In this document: in pieces, positions 40,831-49,787 of the stretch | Layout: each line of letters opens with the position of its first letter | Numbering within the stretch: the first letter of the stretch is position 1 | DNA from: a virus | IMG/VR virus record: IMGVR_UViG_3300025141_016306 | Coordinates: 18,617 to 82,616 of that record | Direction: 5' to 3' (one strand) | Length of the DNA stretch: 64,000 bases | The notes under the pieces: model-generated | The model's database searches: none | What the model was told of the DNA's origin: nothing | The model's input: only the letters and a program-made list of their open reading frames with translations | Position numbers and translations under genes: made by a program

Positions 40831-41339
40831 AGAATGCTCTCCCAGCAGTCAAAACTATTGCGATCTATTGCTTTGACGCCCCCTATCGAGGCTGCTTCGG
40901 TCAAATCTTTTTCATTGTCATCGAAAAAAACGTATTCTCCGCAAACATCCGCAATTTCTTTTATATTATACAGCTTTAGGTCTGTTTTGTAAAGTAAAAT
41001 CTTCTTATAATTGAAAAATTCGTATATTCCAAACCTCTTTAACAAGAGGACCGACGGTTGCTTTTCATACTCGACTTCGTATATGCCACCGCGGGAAAGA
41101 AACCCAATGTTTTTACCCAAAGCCTGTAACTTTTCTAGAACAGGACGGATGCCGGCGTGTAGCGAACATGTGGAGAAAACATCATCAATAATAGTATCCG
41201 ACCATTCTCCCTCAATAGTATAAGGTAAGAGCATTTGTTTTGCCCATATGGGCTCCCCGGTTTTGGAATTTGTATCCCAGACGGTGCGATCTAAATCAAA
41301 AATAAAAGTATCATACCGCGCTGCTAGGTCCGCTATCAT
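40827..41339 (-). CDS. HAD-superfamily phosphatase (subfamily IIIC / MDP-1-like)
   Basis: FDLDRTVW, LSR, K, FFDD. Confidence 0.8.
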   Translation of the reverse strand: MIADLAARYDTFIFDLDRTVWDTNSKTGEPIWAKQMLLPYTIEGEWSDTIIDDVFSTCSLHAGIRPVLEKLQALGKNIGFLSRGGIYEVEYEKQPSVLLLKRFGIYEFFNYKKILLYKTDLKLYNIKEIADVCGEYVFFDDNEKDLTEAASIGGVKAIDRNSFDCWESIL

Positions 41340-42006
41340 TCTTTTTCTCCACAATCATGGTGACGGTGTCGGTGACCACGTCCTTAAACACAGTCATCAA
41401 CTTCTTAAGAACTGCTCCGGACACAATGTCGCCCGGGCCAGCGACGGTTGTTGCGTAATCTGTGATGAGACCGCCCCTTAGAAAAGTAACATGTGTATCG
41501 TCGGGCAAATCGGCGAAATAAGAGGAGCTATCAACGCTCGTTAAATGAATATTGCAATTTGCAAAATCATAAGTCACGGTCTGTGATGGGGGCGGATCTT
41601 CAAGCCATAAGCAGTCGTCTTTTTTGGGCGCTTCGAAAGTGTTATCCTCATAAGGCTTTCCCTCGCGACCGTAAAAATCTTTGAAACGTACCAAATCATG
41701 TTTATCGACGGGTGTTTCGATCTCCATTACCCATGCGCCTGGTTGGCTCACCGCCTGAGTGGAGTGAAAAAGGCCTTTTCTAATCATCATTTTCCCGCAA
41801 GTTTCGACAAAAAACTTATTACTGAGAAATGATATCTGCACATCCCCGTCAAGCACCATCAGTCCAGTGGTTTTGTTGGGGTGACAGTGCATTGATGTCG
41901 CTTGCTTGTGGGCAATATATAAAAACCAAAGACCTACGTGTTCATTTTCGTAGGCCAGGTATTCATAGCCCCAGGGCTTCTTAACTATGGTGTCTTCATA
42001 GCTCAT
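41311..42006 (-). CDS. Cupin-domain protein
   Basis: KKPWGYE, TSMHCHP.K, G.FHST, EIETP. Confidence 0.72.
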   Translation of the reverse strand: MSYEDTIVKKPWGYEYLAYENEHVGLWFLYIAHKQATSMHCHPNKTTGLMVLDGDVQISFLSNKFFVETCGKMMIRKGLFHSTQAVSQPGAWVMEIETPVDKHDLVRFKDFYGREGKPYEDNTFEAPKKDDCLWLEDPPPSQTVTYDFANCNIHLTSVDSSSYFADLPDDTHVTFLRGGLITDYATTVAGPGDIVSGAVLKKLMTVFKDVVTDTVTMIVEKKNDSGPSSAV

Positions 42007-42542
42007 TTCCCTCTTTTCTCTAAAACTTCATATCCAGTTCTCATCCACTCGCCCATAAAGTCATAATGAGGGGAGGAAACTATATTGCTATCAACAACAA
42101 CCGGGCCTCTATGATAAGTTGCCCCAGCGTTGTTGATGTCAGCTTCAATGGCATAATAACCCGACACTGTTTTGCCTCTAAGAACATCTGCCGTAATCAA
42201 TAATTGGGCGCCATTGCATAGAGAGAAAATAGTTTTGTCTAACGCATTCCACTCGCGTACAAATTCAACTACCCCCTCCTCTAATCTTAATTTTTCCAAA
42301 GCCTTAACGCCTCCTGGGACTATCAATAGATCATATTGCAGGTACTTTTCTCTAGTCTCGGAATCATTAAAATCAGACGTCAATACGTCACCAACCATGT
42401 GACATCCTAAAATTCCATAGAATCTTCCCAACTGATTGGCTACAATTGTAACCTCAAAGTTGTTTTCCTTTAAGCTGTGATAAGGGTATATTAACTCGTG
42501 GTCTTGAAAACCGGCATGAGTAAGGATAAGTGCTTTTTTCAT
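42003..42542 (-). CDS. DJ-1/PfpI family protein
   Basis: GFQDHE, YDLLIVPGG, nucleophile elbow SLCNGAQLL, VVVDSNIVSS. Confidence 0.85.
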   Translation of the reverse strand: MKKALILTHAGFQDHELIYPYHSLKENNFEVTIVANQLGRFYGILGCHMVGDVLTSDFNDSETREKYLQYDLLIVPGGVKALEKLRLEEGVVEFVREWNALDKTIFSLCNGAQLLITADVLRGKTVSGYYAIEADINNAGATYHRGPVVVDSNIVSSPHYDFMGEWMRTGYEVLEKRGK

Positions 42543-43051
42543 ATTTTAATTCCTCTTTTGTCTCTGACCTGTAAGATTGGATTCTCAATAGGCCAATTAA
42601 TTCTAAGTGTGGGGTTGTCCCACGATAACGTAAATTGTTCTGACACGTCCGGGTAATCGCCCGGATATGCCCATTTATAGTGAAAGACGGATTGTTCGCT
42701 TAAAACCACAAAGCCGTTGCCCACGCCGGGAGGTATTAAAACCTGTTTGCGAGTGCGATCATCTAATACAATCCAATCCCATTGTCGAAACGTGTCCGAG
42801 TTGGGCCGGTTGTCGGCAACGACGAAATAAAGCTCTCCATATAAGCAGGTTACCAATTTCCAGGACTTAAAATCCCCATGAATCCCCCGGAGAACGTTTT
42901 TCCGCGATGTCGATACTTTATCATGATTGAACTCTAAATTAAAATTGTTTGTGTCTTTGTGCCATAAAGTCCAAAGGTCGCCGCGGTAATCAGTATATAT
43001 ATCCGGGGTGTACACCTGTACATCTTTTATTTTTTCCAACTGATTTTCCAA
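42539..43051 (-). CDS. rmlC: dTDP-4-dehydrorhamnose 3,5-epimerase family protein (copy 2)
   Basis: Same RmlC motifs; clearly paralogous to 37241..37750. Confidence 0.82.
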   Translation of the reverse strand: MENQLEKIKDVQVYTPDIYTDYRGDLWTLWHKDTNNFNLEFNHDKVSTSRKNVLRGIHGDFKSWKLVTCLYGELYFVVADNRPNSDTFRQWDWIVLDDRTRKQVLIPPGVGNGFVVLSEQSVFHYKWAYPGDYPDVSEQFTLSWDNPTLRINWPIENPILQVRDKRGIKI

Positions 43052-43443
43052 TCTTTAAACTCTGCGGCCAAGCAATCAATTTTATAATCCTTTCGGCCGC
43101 CAACTACCTCTTGTATGCGATTTTTAGCTGTGTTTCGGATCCCATTTAAACCATGGGTAAGTTCAAGATCGTTGCCGTCCTTGATTCCTTTCCGATAGTT
43201 GGATTCGTTGTGCCATATATGCAGATTCATTTGCGATAATACAACCACAGCCCGTAACACTTCTGCGTTCAGTATAGCATCTTTACTGGTTAAAATTAAA
43301 TTGATATCGTGCAGAATAGCGGCTATCTCTTCCGCATATTCTTCTTTGTGTTCCGGTATGAAAACTTCTTTAAGTTGGGCTATGGAGAGTCTGTCAATTA
43401 ACTCTGATAAGGTGGGAAGGTACTTTCTTTCTGCGCTGCTCAT
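43027..43443 (-). CDS. Hypothetical helical protein of the sugar cluster
   Basis: 138-aa ORF with GAGG RBS; SELIDRLSI..LK N-terminal motif. Confidence 0.6.
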   Translation of the reverse strand: MSSAERKYLPTLSELIDRLSIAQLKEVFIPEHKEEYAEEIAAILHDINLILTSKDAILNAEVLRAVVVLSQMNLHIWHNESNYRKGIKDGNDLELTHGLNGIRNTAKNRIQEVVGGRKDYKIDCLAAEFKDWKISWKK

Positions 43444-43461
43444 TTCTTGCCTCTTATTTGG

Positions 43462-44247
43462 TTACTTGGAACAAAGCAGCACATAATTTTTTATTTCATT
43501 GGTGGGAGGGTTCTCCTCCTCCAGGACCACATTGGAAAATATTTTATTTAACTCGTCGATCATCCACTGCTGTTTGTTCTCGTCTCTAAAGTTTATCAAA
43601 AAATAGCCATAATTGCAAGTTTTAATTACATTATCGATATAAAATTTTATTCCTTTGCGATCCAACTCAGACAAGCACCAGTTAGAAACAACAAGATCGT
43701 ATTCTTTAAGCTCGATGGACTCGGTATCATGGAGAGATACATTGGGATGCTTGTACAGGCTTAAATATTTTTTAGCCAACCCCAAGGTTTGCGCGCGATC
43801 AATCAAGTCCATGGATTTAACCCCATATTTCAAAATAATATTGGCTTGGCCGCCATATCCACTCCCAATCTCGCAAACGCTTTTGCCGTGAGGGTCGACC
43901 AATCGAGTCTTGATGTCCTGAAGAACCGACAAGAAGCATAAAGTGCCGGGACTAATCATTCCAGTTTTTTCATAGTGATAAAACAATGGGTTGCCGACGG
44001 CGTCATTGTTTTTATATTTGTCGATGCTCTCCATTAGTTCTGTGTCTTTAAGGAAATTGTACCATACATCCGCGATATTCTTGTGCCGGATATCATTCCC
44101 AATAACTTTGCAAAAAATATTATTTCTTTTGAAATTCAAAAGCTTTTGTTTATCATGGCAAATATTAACACATTCTTGCAAGAATGCATCCTCCAGGTTA
44201 GCTACGATCCCGGCATGCCACTCGCCGTCAAATTTTAATTGTGTCAT
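43462..44247 (-). CDS. Putative sugar O-methyltransferase (class I SAM-dependent)
   Basis: K.ND.VGNP, VCEIGSGYGGQA, DLVVSNWCLSEL. Confidence 0.8.
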   Translation of the reverse strand: MTQLKFDGEWHAGIVANLEDAFLQECVNICHDKQKLLNFKRNNIFCKVIGNDIRHKNIADVWYNFLKDTELMESIDKYKNNDAVGNPLFYHYEKTGMISPGTLCFLSVLQDIKTRLVDPHGKSVCEIGSGYGGQANIILKYGVKSMDLIDRAQTLGLAKKYLSLYKHPNVSLHDTESIELKEYDLVVSNWCLSELDRKGIKFYIDNVIKTCNYGYFLINFRDENKQQWMIDELNKIFSNVVLEEENPPTNEIKNYVLLCSK

Positions 44248-46028
44248 TTTACTCCCCTTGCTTGTGGATTTAATTTGTCAAAATCAACAACCTTGTGAAT
44301 CAAATCAGCTAGTTGGTCATCGGCTCTCCAATAATTCTTGGCGAGTTCAAAGTTCTTCTTCACTGATTCTAGACGCGAATAATAATCTTCTTCAGTCAAA
44401 TTCGATAAGATTTCATCCAACTCTTCATAAGTGTCAAAAAAGATAACCCCGTTTTCATCAAAATATTTACCAACTTCACGAGTTCCCCAAAAAATAGGGA
44501 TGGTGCCTGTAATTAAAGGATCGATAAAGTCCGTGAAAAAAGTATCCAATTGGCAATTCTGGATTATAATGCTAAACATGTGATCTTTTAGGGCCAATAT
44601 CTTGCCGTGCTGTGGAAAGCGTTTAAACCCGCCGCCCCATAGCTCAATATTGTGCTTTTCAGCCAACTCATCTGCCACGCGATGTCTTAAAATGTGGCCA
44701 GGAGCCCATTTTTTCTCGCTCGCAACCATTGAAACGAGCTTGCTTTTTTCATGGACTCCCCAGTCATCATGGTGTACGCGTAAAAAACAAAACGGGAAGA
44801 GATGGCATTTTTCATATTTGTCCGCGAGTTCTTGGCTGAAAGAGAATAAATAATCTAGTTCTGGTAGCACTTCGGGCACTGCGTCAAAAGCCCATTGATG
44901 GACAACGGGAGGCTCCATAATCCAGCCTATCTTGATGGGGGAATTAACCGCTTTAATAACCCCGGGCCTCAAGAATCGATCCGTAAAAATAGTAATGCCT
45001 GAATATTCGTGAAAGTATCTCTTGCCCTCGACATAGCGCAATTTTTTGCCGCGTGGTGCTTTTTCGCCTTGTGTCGTTATATAGCCGAAATCCGGATGAT
45101 CCTGGGTGTGGATAAAGTTGTTGTCAAAAAGATTAACAGTCAGCAACGGTGATTCGGGATCGTCGTATATACAATTATATTCCTCAAAATGTGTAGGGGA
45201 GGTAGGGTGAAAATCTAGAAAGGAGGGGTGAAATTCATAACCCTCTTTTTCAAAAAACCTCGGGGGATTGTTCGCATGTTGACCCCAAATTAAATCTCTC
45301 TCCTCAAGGAACCCTTCTTTTACAAGCTCCTTGATCGTTTCCGGTTGCAGTCCCAATACATTATATTTGTCGGGGTTAAAGCGCGATACGGCGCCTTTTG
45401 CTGTGGTGCGCAGAGGATATTGGCACAGGTCTCTATCGTAAAAAGCCACCGTCTGGTTGGGCATCTTTTCGATACTAGCTTTTTGGGAACCTTTAATTTC
45501 GAAGTCCCACGGGCTCCAATCATTATCCAGGAATTTAAGAAGAAATTCGCGATTCCAAACCGCGGGTTGCGTAGAAATACGATAGGGCGCATCTGGCTTT
45601 TTATGAACTACCATAAAATTATTAACTTGGCCCATGGGGGCAATATTGCCCTCAATTTGTGTATCAAATGTAAGGTCAAAGCGGCCGATTTTAGAAGTTC
45701 TGTGCATCAACCCTAACGCTGTCTGTATCATTTCCAGATCTGGTGCCCCGCAGAGCAAATAATCATCCAAAGAAAATATTACAAAGTCCTCTGGTATATC
45801 TTTCATAAAGTCGTGGATGTAACGAGTCCACGACGAGGCGCCTCCGACTTGTTCGGGGGCTAAAGAGTGGAAGGTGTGGTTTTCATTGTAAAAATCGAAC
45901 TCGGGTGCGGCAAATCCTAAAAAATGGACTTGGGCCTTTGGCCAAAATTTATTATATAAATAAGAGCTTATTTTAACAATAGGAAGGGAGGCGTCGCAAC
46001 AAGGGATGTATATAGCTGGTGTGTCCAT
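44244..46028 (-). CDS. Two-domain glycosyltransferase: GT-A-like N-terminus plus GT10 (fucosyltransferase)-like C-terminus
   Basis: N-terminal FSLDDY...QPAVW...SPWDFE; C-terminal KSKLVSMVAS.K....GH.LRH...FSIIIQN...TGTIPIFWG. Confidence 0.7.
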   Translation of the reverse strand: MDTPAIYIPCCDASLPIVKISSYLYNKFWPKAQVHFLGFAAPEFDFYNENHTFHSLAPEQVGGASSWTRYIHDFMKDIPEDFVIFSLDDYLLCGAPDLEMIQTALGLMHRTSKIGRFDLTFDTQIEGNIAPMGQVNNFMVVHKKPDAPYRISTQPAVWNREFLLKFLDNDWSPWDFEIKGSQKASIEKMPNQTVAFYDRDLCQYPLRTTAKGAVSRFNPDKYNVLGLQPETIKELVKEGFLEERDLIWGQHANNPPRFFEKEGYEFHPSFLDFHPTSPTHFEEYNCIYDDPESPLLTVNLFDNNFIHTQDHPDFGYITTQGEKAPRGKKLRYVEGKRYFHEYSGITIFTDRFLRPGVIKAVNSPIKIGWIMEPPVVHQWAFDAVPEVLPELDYLFSFSQELADKYEKCHLFPFCFLRVHHDDWGVHEKSKLVSMVASEKKWAPGHILRHRVADELAEKHNIELWGGGFKRFPQHGKILALKDHMFSIIIQNCQLDTFFTDFIDPLITGTIPIFWGTREVGKYFDENGVIFFDTYEELDEILSNLTEEDYYSRLESVKKNFELAKNYWRADDQLADLIHKVVDFDKLNPQARGVK

Positions 46029-46035
46029 CGGATTT

Positions 46036-46902
46036 TTAGATTTTCTCCAATATTTCAGGAATGGTGAAGCGCTCTACTTCGTTTGAATATTTGCCATCAG
46101 CTAAAATCTTTTCATGAAGATTTTCGCCGGGCTGTAGACCAATAGTTTTAATCTTTAATGTTTCGCCGGCAGGTAAATACTTTTCGGCCATGGCTCCTAA
46201 AAGGCTCTTAATGTCCATAGATTTCATGTCGGGCACATACGGCGCAGAACATGTGGCTGTGGCGAGACATTCAAAAATCAAAGCCACTGCTTCGTCGCGC
46301 GTCCAAAAGAATCTTGTAGCTTCTGCGTCTGTGACGACGACTTCTTCGCCCTCTTGGAGCAGTTTTTGCCATTTACATAAAACGGAGCCCGTCGAATAAA
46401 TTACATTCCCATATCTAACAATTCGATATTGGGTTTTAGGGTTTAAAGTCTCATATTGAACAAAAAGGCTCTCCATGAGATATTTGGTGGCGCCATATAC
46501 GCCAGATACTTGTGCCGCTTTATCAGTGCTAATACCCAGCACAAAATCAAACTTGTTGTCGCGCCGCAGAGATTCTTGTAGGATATTCATGGAGGCGATA
46601 ACATTCGACTGAGTGCATTCATAAGAGAACTTTTCTGCTAAGCCTACATGCTTATAAGCAGCCAGGTGATATACACCGTCAATCCCTTGACATGCTTGAT
46701 GCGCAATGAAGGGATCGCACACATCGCCAGTATATATCTCGATAGAAGGGTGCTTCTGTTTAAGTTCGATTAATTTGCCTTCGTTTCTGGCTATAATGCG
46801 CAGACGCAGGCCTTTCGCCAACAGTGCCTCTACTAGTTTTTCCCCGAGGAAGCCGGTACCGCCGGTAATAAGATATTTTTTATTCGTATCAAAATAATTC
46901 AA
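46036..46902 (-). CDS. Polysaccharide biosynthesis protein, UDP-GlcNAc 4,6-dehydratase (PseB/CapD-like)
   Basis: ITGGTGFLG, HLAAYKHV, ISTDKA, YGATK, VRYGNV, TRFF, GLQPGENLHE. Confidence 0.85.
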   Translation of the reverse strand: MNYFDTNKKYLITGGTGFLGEKLVEALLAKGLRLRIIARNEGKLIELKQKHPSIEIYTGDVCDPFIAHQACQGIDGVYHLAAYKHVGLAEKFSYECTQSNVIASMNILQESLRRDNKFDFVLGISTDKAAQVSGVYGATKYLMESLFVQYETLNPKTQYRIVRYGNVIYSTGSVLCKWQKLLQEGEEVVVTDAEATRFFWTRDEAVALIFECLATATCSAPYVPDMKSMDIKSLLGAMAEKYLPAGETLKIKTIGLQPGENLHEKILADGKYSNEVERFTIPEILEKI

Positions 46903-46904
46903 TT

Positions 46905-47651
46905 TTACTCCTCCTCCAAAGTCTCGTATACTTTTCCTTGTCGGAGCTTGGCCTCAATCCGAAGCTGCTCCGAATGGTCTATTTTGTCTTCATTTAAAGG
47001 GTTTGCGCGATTATATACATAGACAACATCTTCGACATATTCTATTTTGGGGCCGGCCATTTCTAACATAGGATACATAGCTGCAATGTCTCCAGCCCTT
47101 TTATAGAGTTTTCCATCATCATCACATAAATCTTCTCTATTGATGTTTTTCCACAATTTGTATTTAAAAGTTCTCATGTGGCTTGTCATCCATTCCGATT
47201 CTCTAAACAGTTTCCTCTGGATAATGAACTCGGGGACTTGCTTTGCAAATTTGCCGCGAACTTTCTGCGGATATTCGACGTAGCTACCGTATGTTAAGGA
47301 GCATTTCTTTTCTTCGTAAGTTTTGGCTAGAATTTCCAGGCTTTCCTTGCGCGCAAACCAATCGTCCCCGTCAAGTACAGCAATTACGTCTTCGTCCTCT
47401 ATCATAGCACTGTTAATGGCGAAATTTAAGCTCCCGAGGGGATATCCTCGCTCTTCAGGCTCCAATAAGCGTATTTGGTATGAATCGCCTATTTCGCGCT
47501 TAATGATTTCTCTGGTCAAGTCTGTGGAAAAATCGTCGACCACCAAGCATTCATAGTTTCTATAGGTCTGGGCCTTAATGCTGCGCAAACAAAGTGCTAT
47601 CCATTCTTCCGCGTTATACACGGGCACCACAATTTTAAAATGCGTTTTCAT
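46905..47651 (-). CDS. Glycosyltransferase family 2
   Basis: VVPVYNAE...SI..Q.Y......VDDFSTD...LDGDD. Confidence 0.88.
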   Translation of the reverse strand: MKTHFKIVVPVYNAEEWIALCLRSIKAQTYRNYECLVVDDFSTDLTREIIKREIGDSYQIRLLEPEERGYPLGSLNFAINSAMIEDEDVIAVLDGDDWFARKESLEILAKTYEEKKCSLTYGSYVEYPQKVRGKFAKQVPEFIIQRKLFRESEWMTSHMRTFKYKLWKNINREDLCDDDGKLYKRAGDIAAMYPMLEMAGPKIEYVEDVVYVYNRANPLNEDKIDHSEQLRIEAKLRQGKVYETLEEE

Positions 47652-47653
47652 TG

Positions 47654-48490
47654 TTAGTACGTCTCTACCACTTTTTTCACGATTTCGCCGCGTTTCTCGC
47701 GCATATATTTAATGAGTGGTGCGCCTTTAAGAGAAAACCACTCTTCTTGGGCAGCACCGACATTCCCATTGGTTATGACAGACATTCCCATCATGCGCGC
47801 TTCAACTATAACCCGCGAAAGAGTTTCGGGAGTTTTAGGAAAAAACACAAATGTTTTATTATCACTCAATTGGTCCAAAAATTCCTCGTAAGGGCTCGGG
47901 GGAATTATATGATATTCCATATTGTTGCTTTGACAGTATAATTTCGCACCCTCTGTGTTCTTATGGGGCGTCGCTGAAAACATTATAGAGGCAGCGTCTC
48001 TTTTTTCCTTGGAGGCGAATTCTAGCATTTTATCTAAAGACTTGAGACTCCACAAGTTGCCGCTTAAATTCACGACGTTCTCGATATTGAGATTTTTCTT
48101 AACAATGTTGGAATGAAACGCGCTTTGGCAAAAAACAGCTTTTGCGTTTTTATAGAACTCCACATTAATCAATACCCCTTTAGGAGCTATATAATCCTTA
48201 TATATGGCGGGGTTTCTATTTCGTAAATATTTATGATCATGCTCATAGATAATATATTCACACTCTTTTTGCAAAAATGTTTTGCATTGTGGTGATAAAT
48301 TTACAAAATTTGAAATTATGAAACGATCGTCTTTATGATCTTGGAGAGAGTCTAGGGTAACAAATGGGGAATTGATTTTTTTTATGGCGTCTGATTCGCC
48401 GAGTTCATCGATCAACTCTTCATTATTAAGTTCGCCACCGCCTAAAACCTGATCAACAAAAAAATCGGCAATAAAGAAATATTTACTCAT
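47654..48490 (-). CDS. Putative glycosyltransferase (GT-B)
   Basis: GGGE N-terminus, ETLSRVIVEARMMG (E-x7-E); start set at ATG 48490. Confidence 0.65.
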   Translation of the reverse strand: MSKYFFIADFFVDQVLGGGELNNEELIDELGESDAIKKINSPFVTLDSLQDHKDDRFIISNFVNLSPQCKTFLQKECEYIIYEHDHKYLRNRNPAIYKDYIAPKGVLINVEFYKNAKAVFCQSAFHSNIVKKNLNIENVVNLSGNLWSLKSLDKMLEFASKEKRDAASIMFSATPHKNTEGAKLYCQSNNMEYHIIPPSPYEEFLDQLSDNKTFVFFPKTPETLSRVIVEARMMGMSVITNGNVGAAQEEWFSLKGAPLIKYMREKRGEIVKKVVETY

Positions 48491-49787
48491 ACGCGATGGC
48501 GGTATTTTCCAATTCAGCCACCCATTCATCTAGATCCAACTCGTCGGCGCCGCCAACATTATGCCAAGTAATGTGATCCTTAAAGATGCTAATCATTTTC
48601 TCGCATTGCTGTTCTTTCGAAAAGTTCTCATGAATCCATTTCTGAAGCGCTGTTGCGTCCTTCTGGAAGCGCCCGTGATCTTTATATACCTCTCGCAAGC
48701 GCATTTTATAAGAGCCTTGGTCAGCATATGCCCACATAGACTCCGCTTGTAGCACTCCGTCCCATACCGCATGCGGCTGAATTGGACTTATCTCATAATC
48801 AACGGTTGCAAAGTAGGGCTTTACTTTTGTTTTCCCTTTTTTGTTTGTTTTGGGCATGCACAAGAAATCCAAGTACCCGCTCCATTCAGGTGCGACCACT
48901 GGAAGTCCCGAATAGGCAGCCTCAAAATGCGGCAATCCGAAACCTTCGCCATGAGTTAAAGAGACAAAAGCCTTTATTTGCGAGTCTTTATAGAGAGAAT
49001 GCATCTCTTCTTCTGACATGTCGCCATGGAGCAAATAAACCTTGCATTGTCGATGAGGGTATTTCTCTAAAAGTTGCGTAAGAGTATTTTCGGCGCGGAT
49101 TCTGTCGATGATAGATCCGCCCTTGGCAAATGTTTTTACCACCAAGCCAACATCCGGATTATCAACAAATTCTTCCACAAACCATTGGATTGTTACTTCT
49201 AGGTTTTTGCGGGGGCCCCATTGTGCCACCGTCAAAAAATTAAATTTTGTGTCTAATTCAAACCCTAGATCAACCTCGTCGTAATGTTTCACTGGATAAT
49301 GTATAACTTCAATTGGTGTTTCACACTTTAAAGCTATGCGCTGGCCCGTTTGCTTATGTACGCCTTCGTATACGGTGTTGAGAAAACCAGACTTGGAGTG
49401 TTCGGAAATAGTGAGCACTCTGTCCATCATGTTGACCTTTTCAAGCCAAATGGGCGCCACCTTAGTGGTTTCGATACCTGCCGTGATGCCTATATTAATT
49501 GGAGCGAATTTCTGCCATTCATTGGGAATGCCGACTTGGATACTCAAATCATAATGAGGGTTGCCTTCGGCGCCGTATGCGGCTGTTTTTTCTATTAAGC
49601 CGTCGAGCCATTCGCGCTCCTCATCGTTTTCCCAAATCCATCCGGATTGTCCCCACTGAGTGGGTACTACAAAAATATCCACACCATCAATCATTCTCAG
49701 GGCGCGCAAAACGGAGCGCGCATGTTCCCCGTATCCCGTACGGGTGAGCATTGGACCCCTTACTATAACTTTTGTTGTAAATTCCAT
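48483..49787 (-). CDS. Glycosyltransferase family 4
   Basis: TGYG, RKN, GEGFGLPHFEAAYSGLPVV. Confidence 0.88.
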   Translation of the reverse strand: MEFTTKVIVRGPMLTRTGYGEHARSVLRALRMIDGVDIFVVPTQWGQSGWIWENDEEREWLDGLIEKTAAYGAEGNPHYDLSIQVGIPNEWQKFAPINIGITAGIETTKVAPIWLEKVNMMDRVLTISEHSKSGFLNTVYEGVHKQTGQRIALKCETPIEVIHYPVKHYDEVDLGFELDTKFNFLTVAQWGPRKNLEVTIQWFVEEFVDNPDVGLVVKTFAKGGSIIDRIRAENTLTQLLEKYPHRQCKVYLLHGDMSEEEMHSLYKDSQIKAFVSLTHGEGFGLPHFEAAYSGLPVVAPEWSGYLDFLCMPKTNKKGKTKVKPYFATVDYEISPIQPHAVWDGVLQAESMWAYADQGSYKMRLREVYKDHGRFQKDATALQKWIHENFSKEQQCEKMISIFKDHITWHNVGGADELDLDEWVAELENTAIAYE

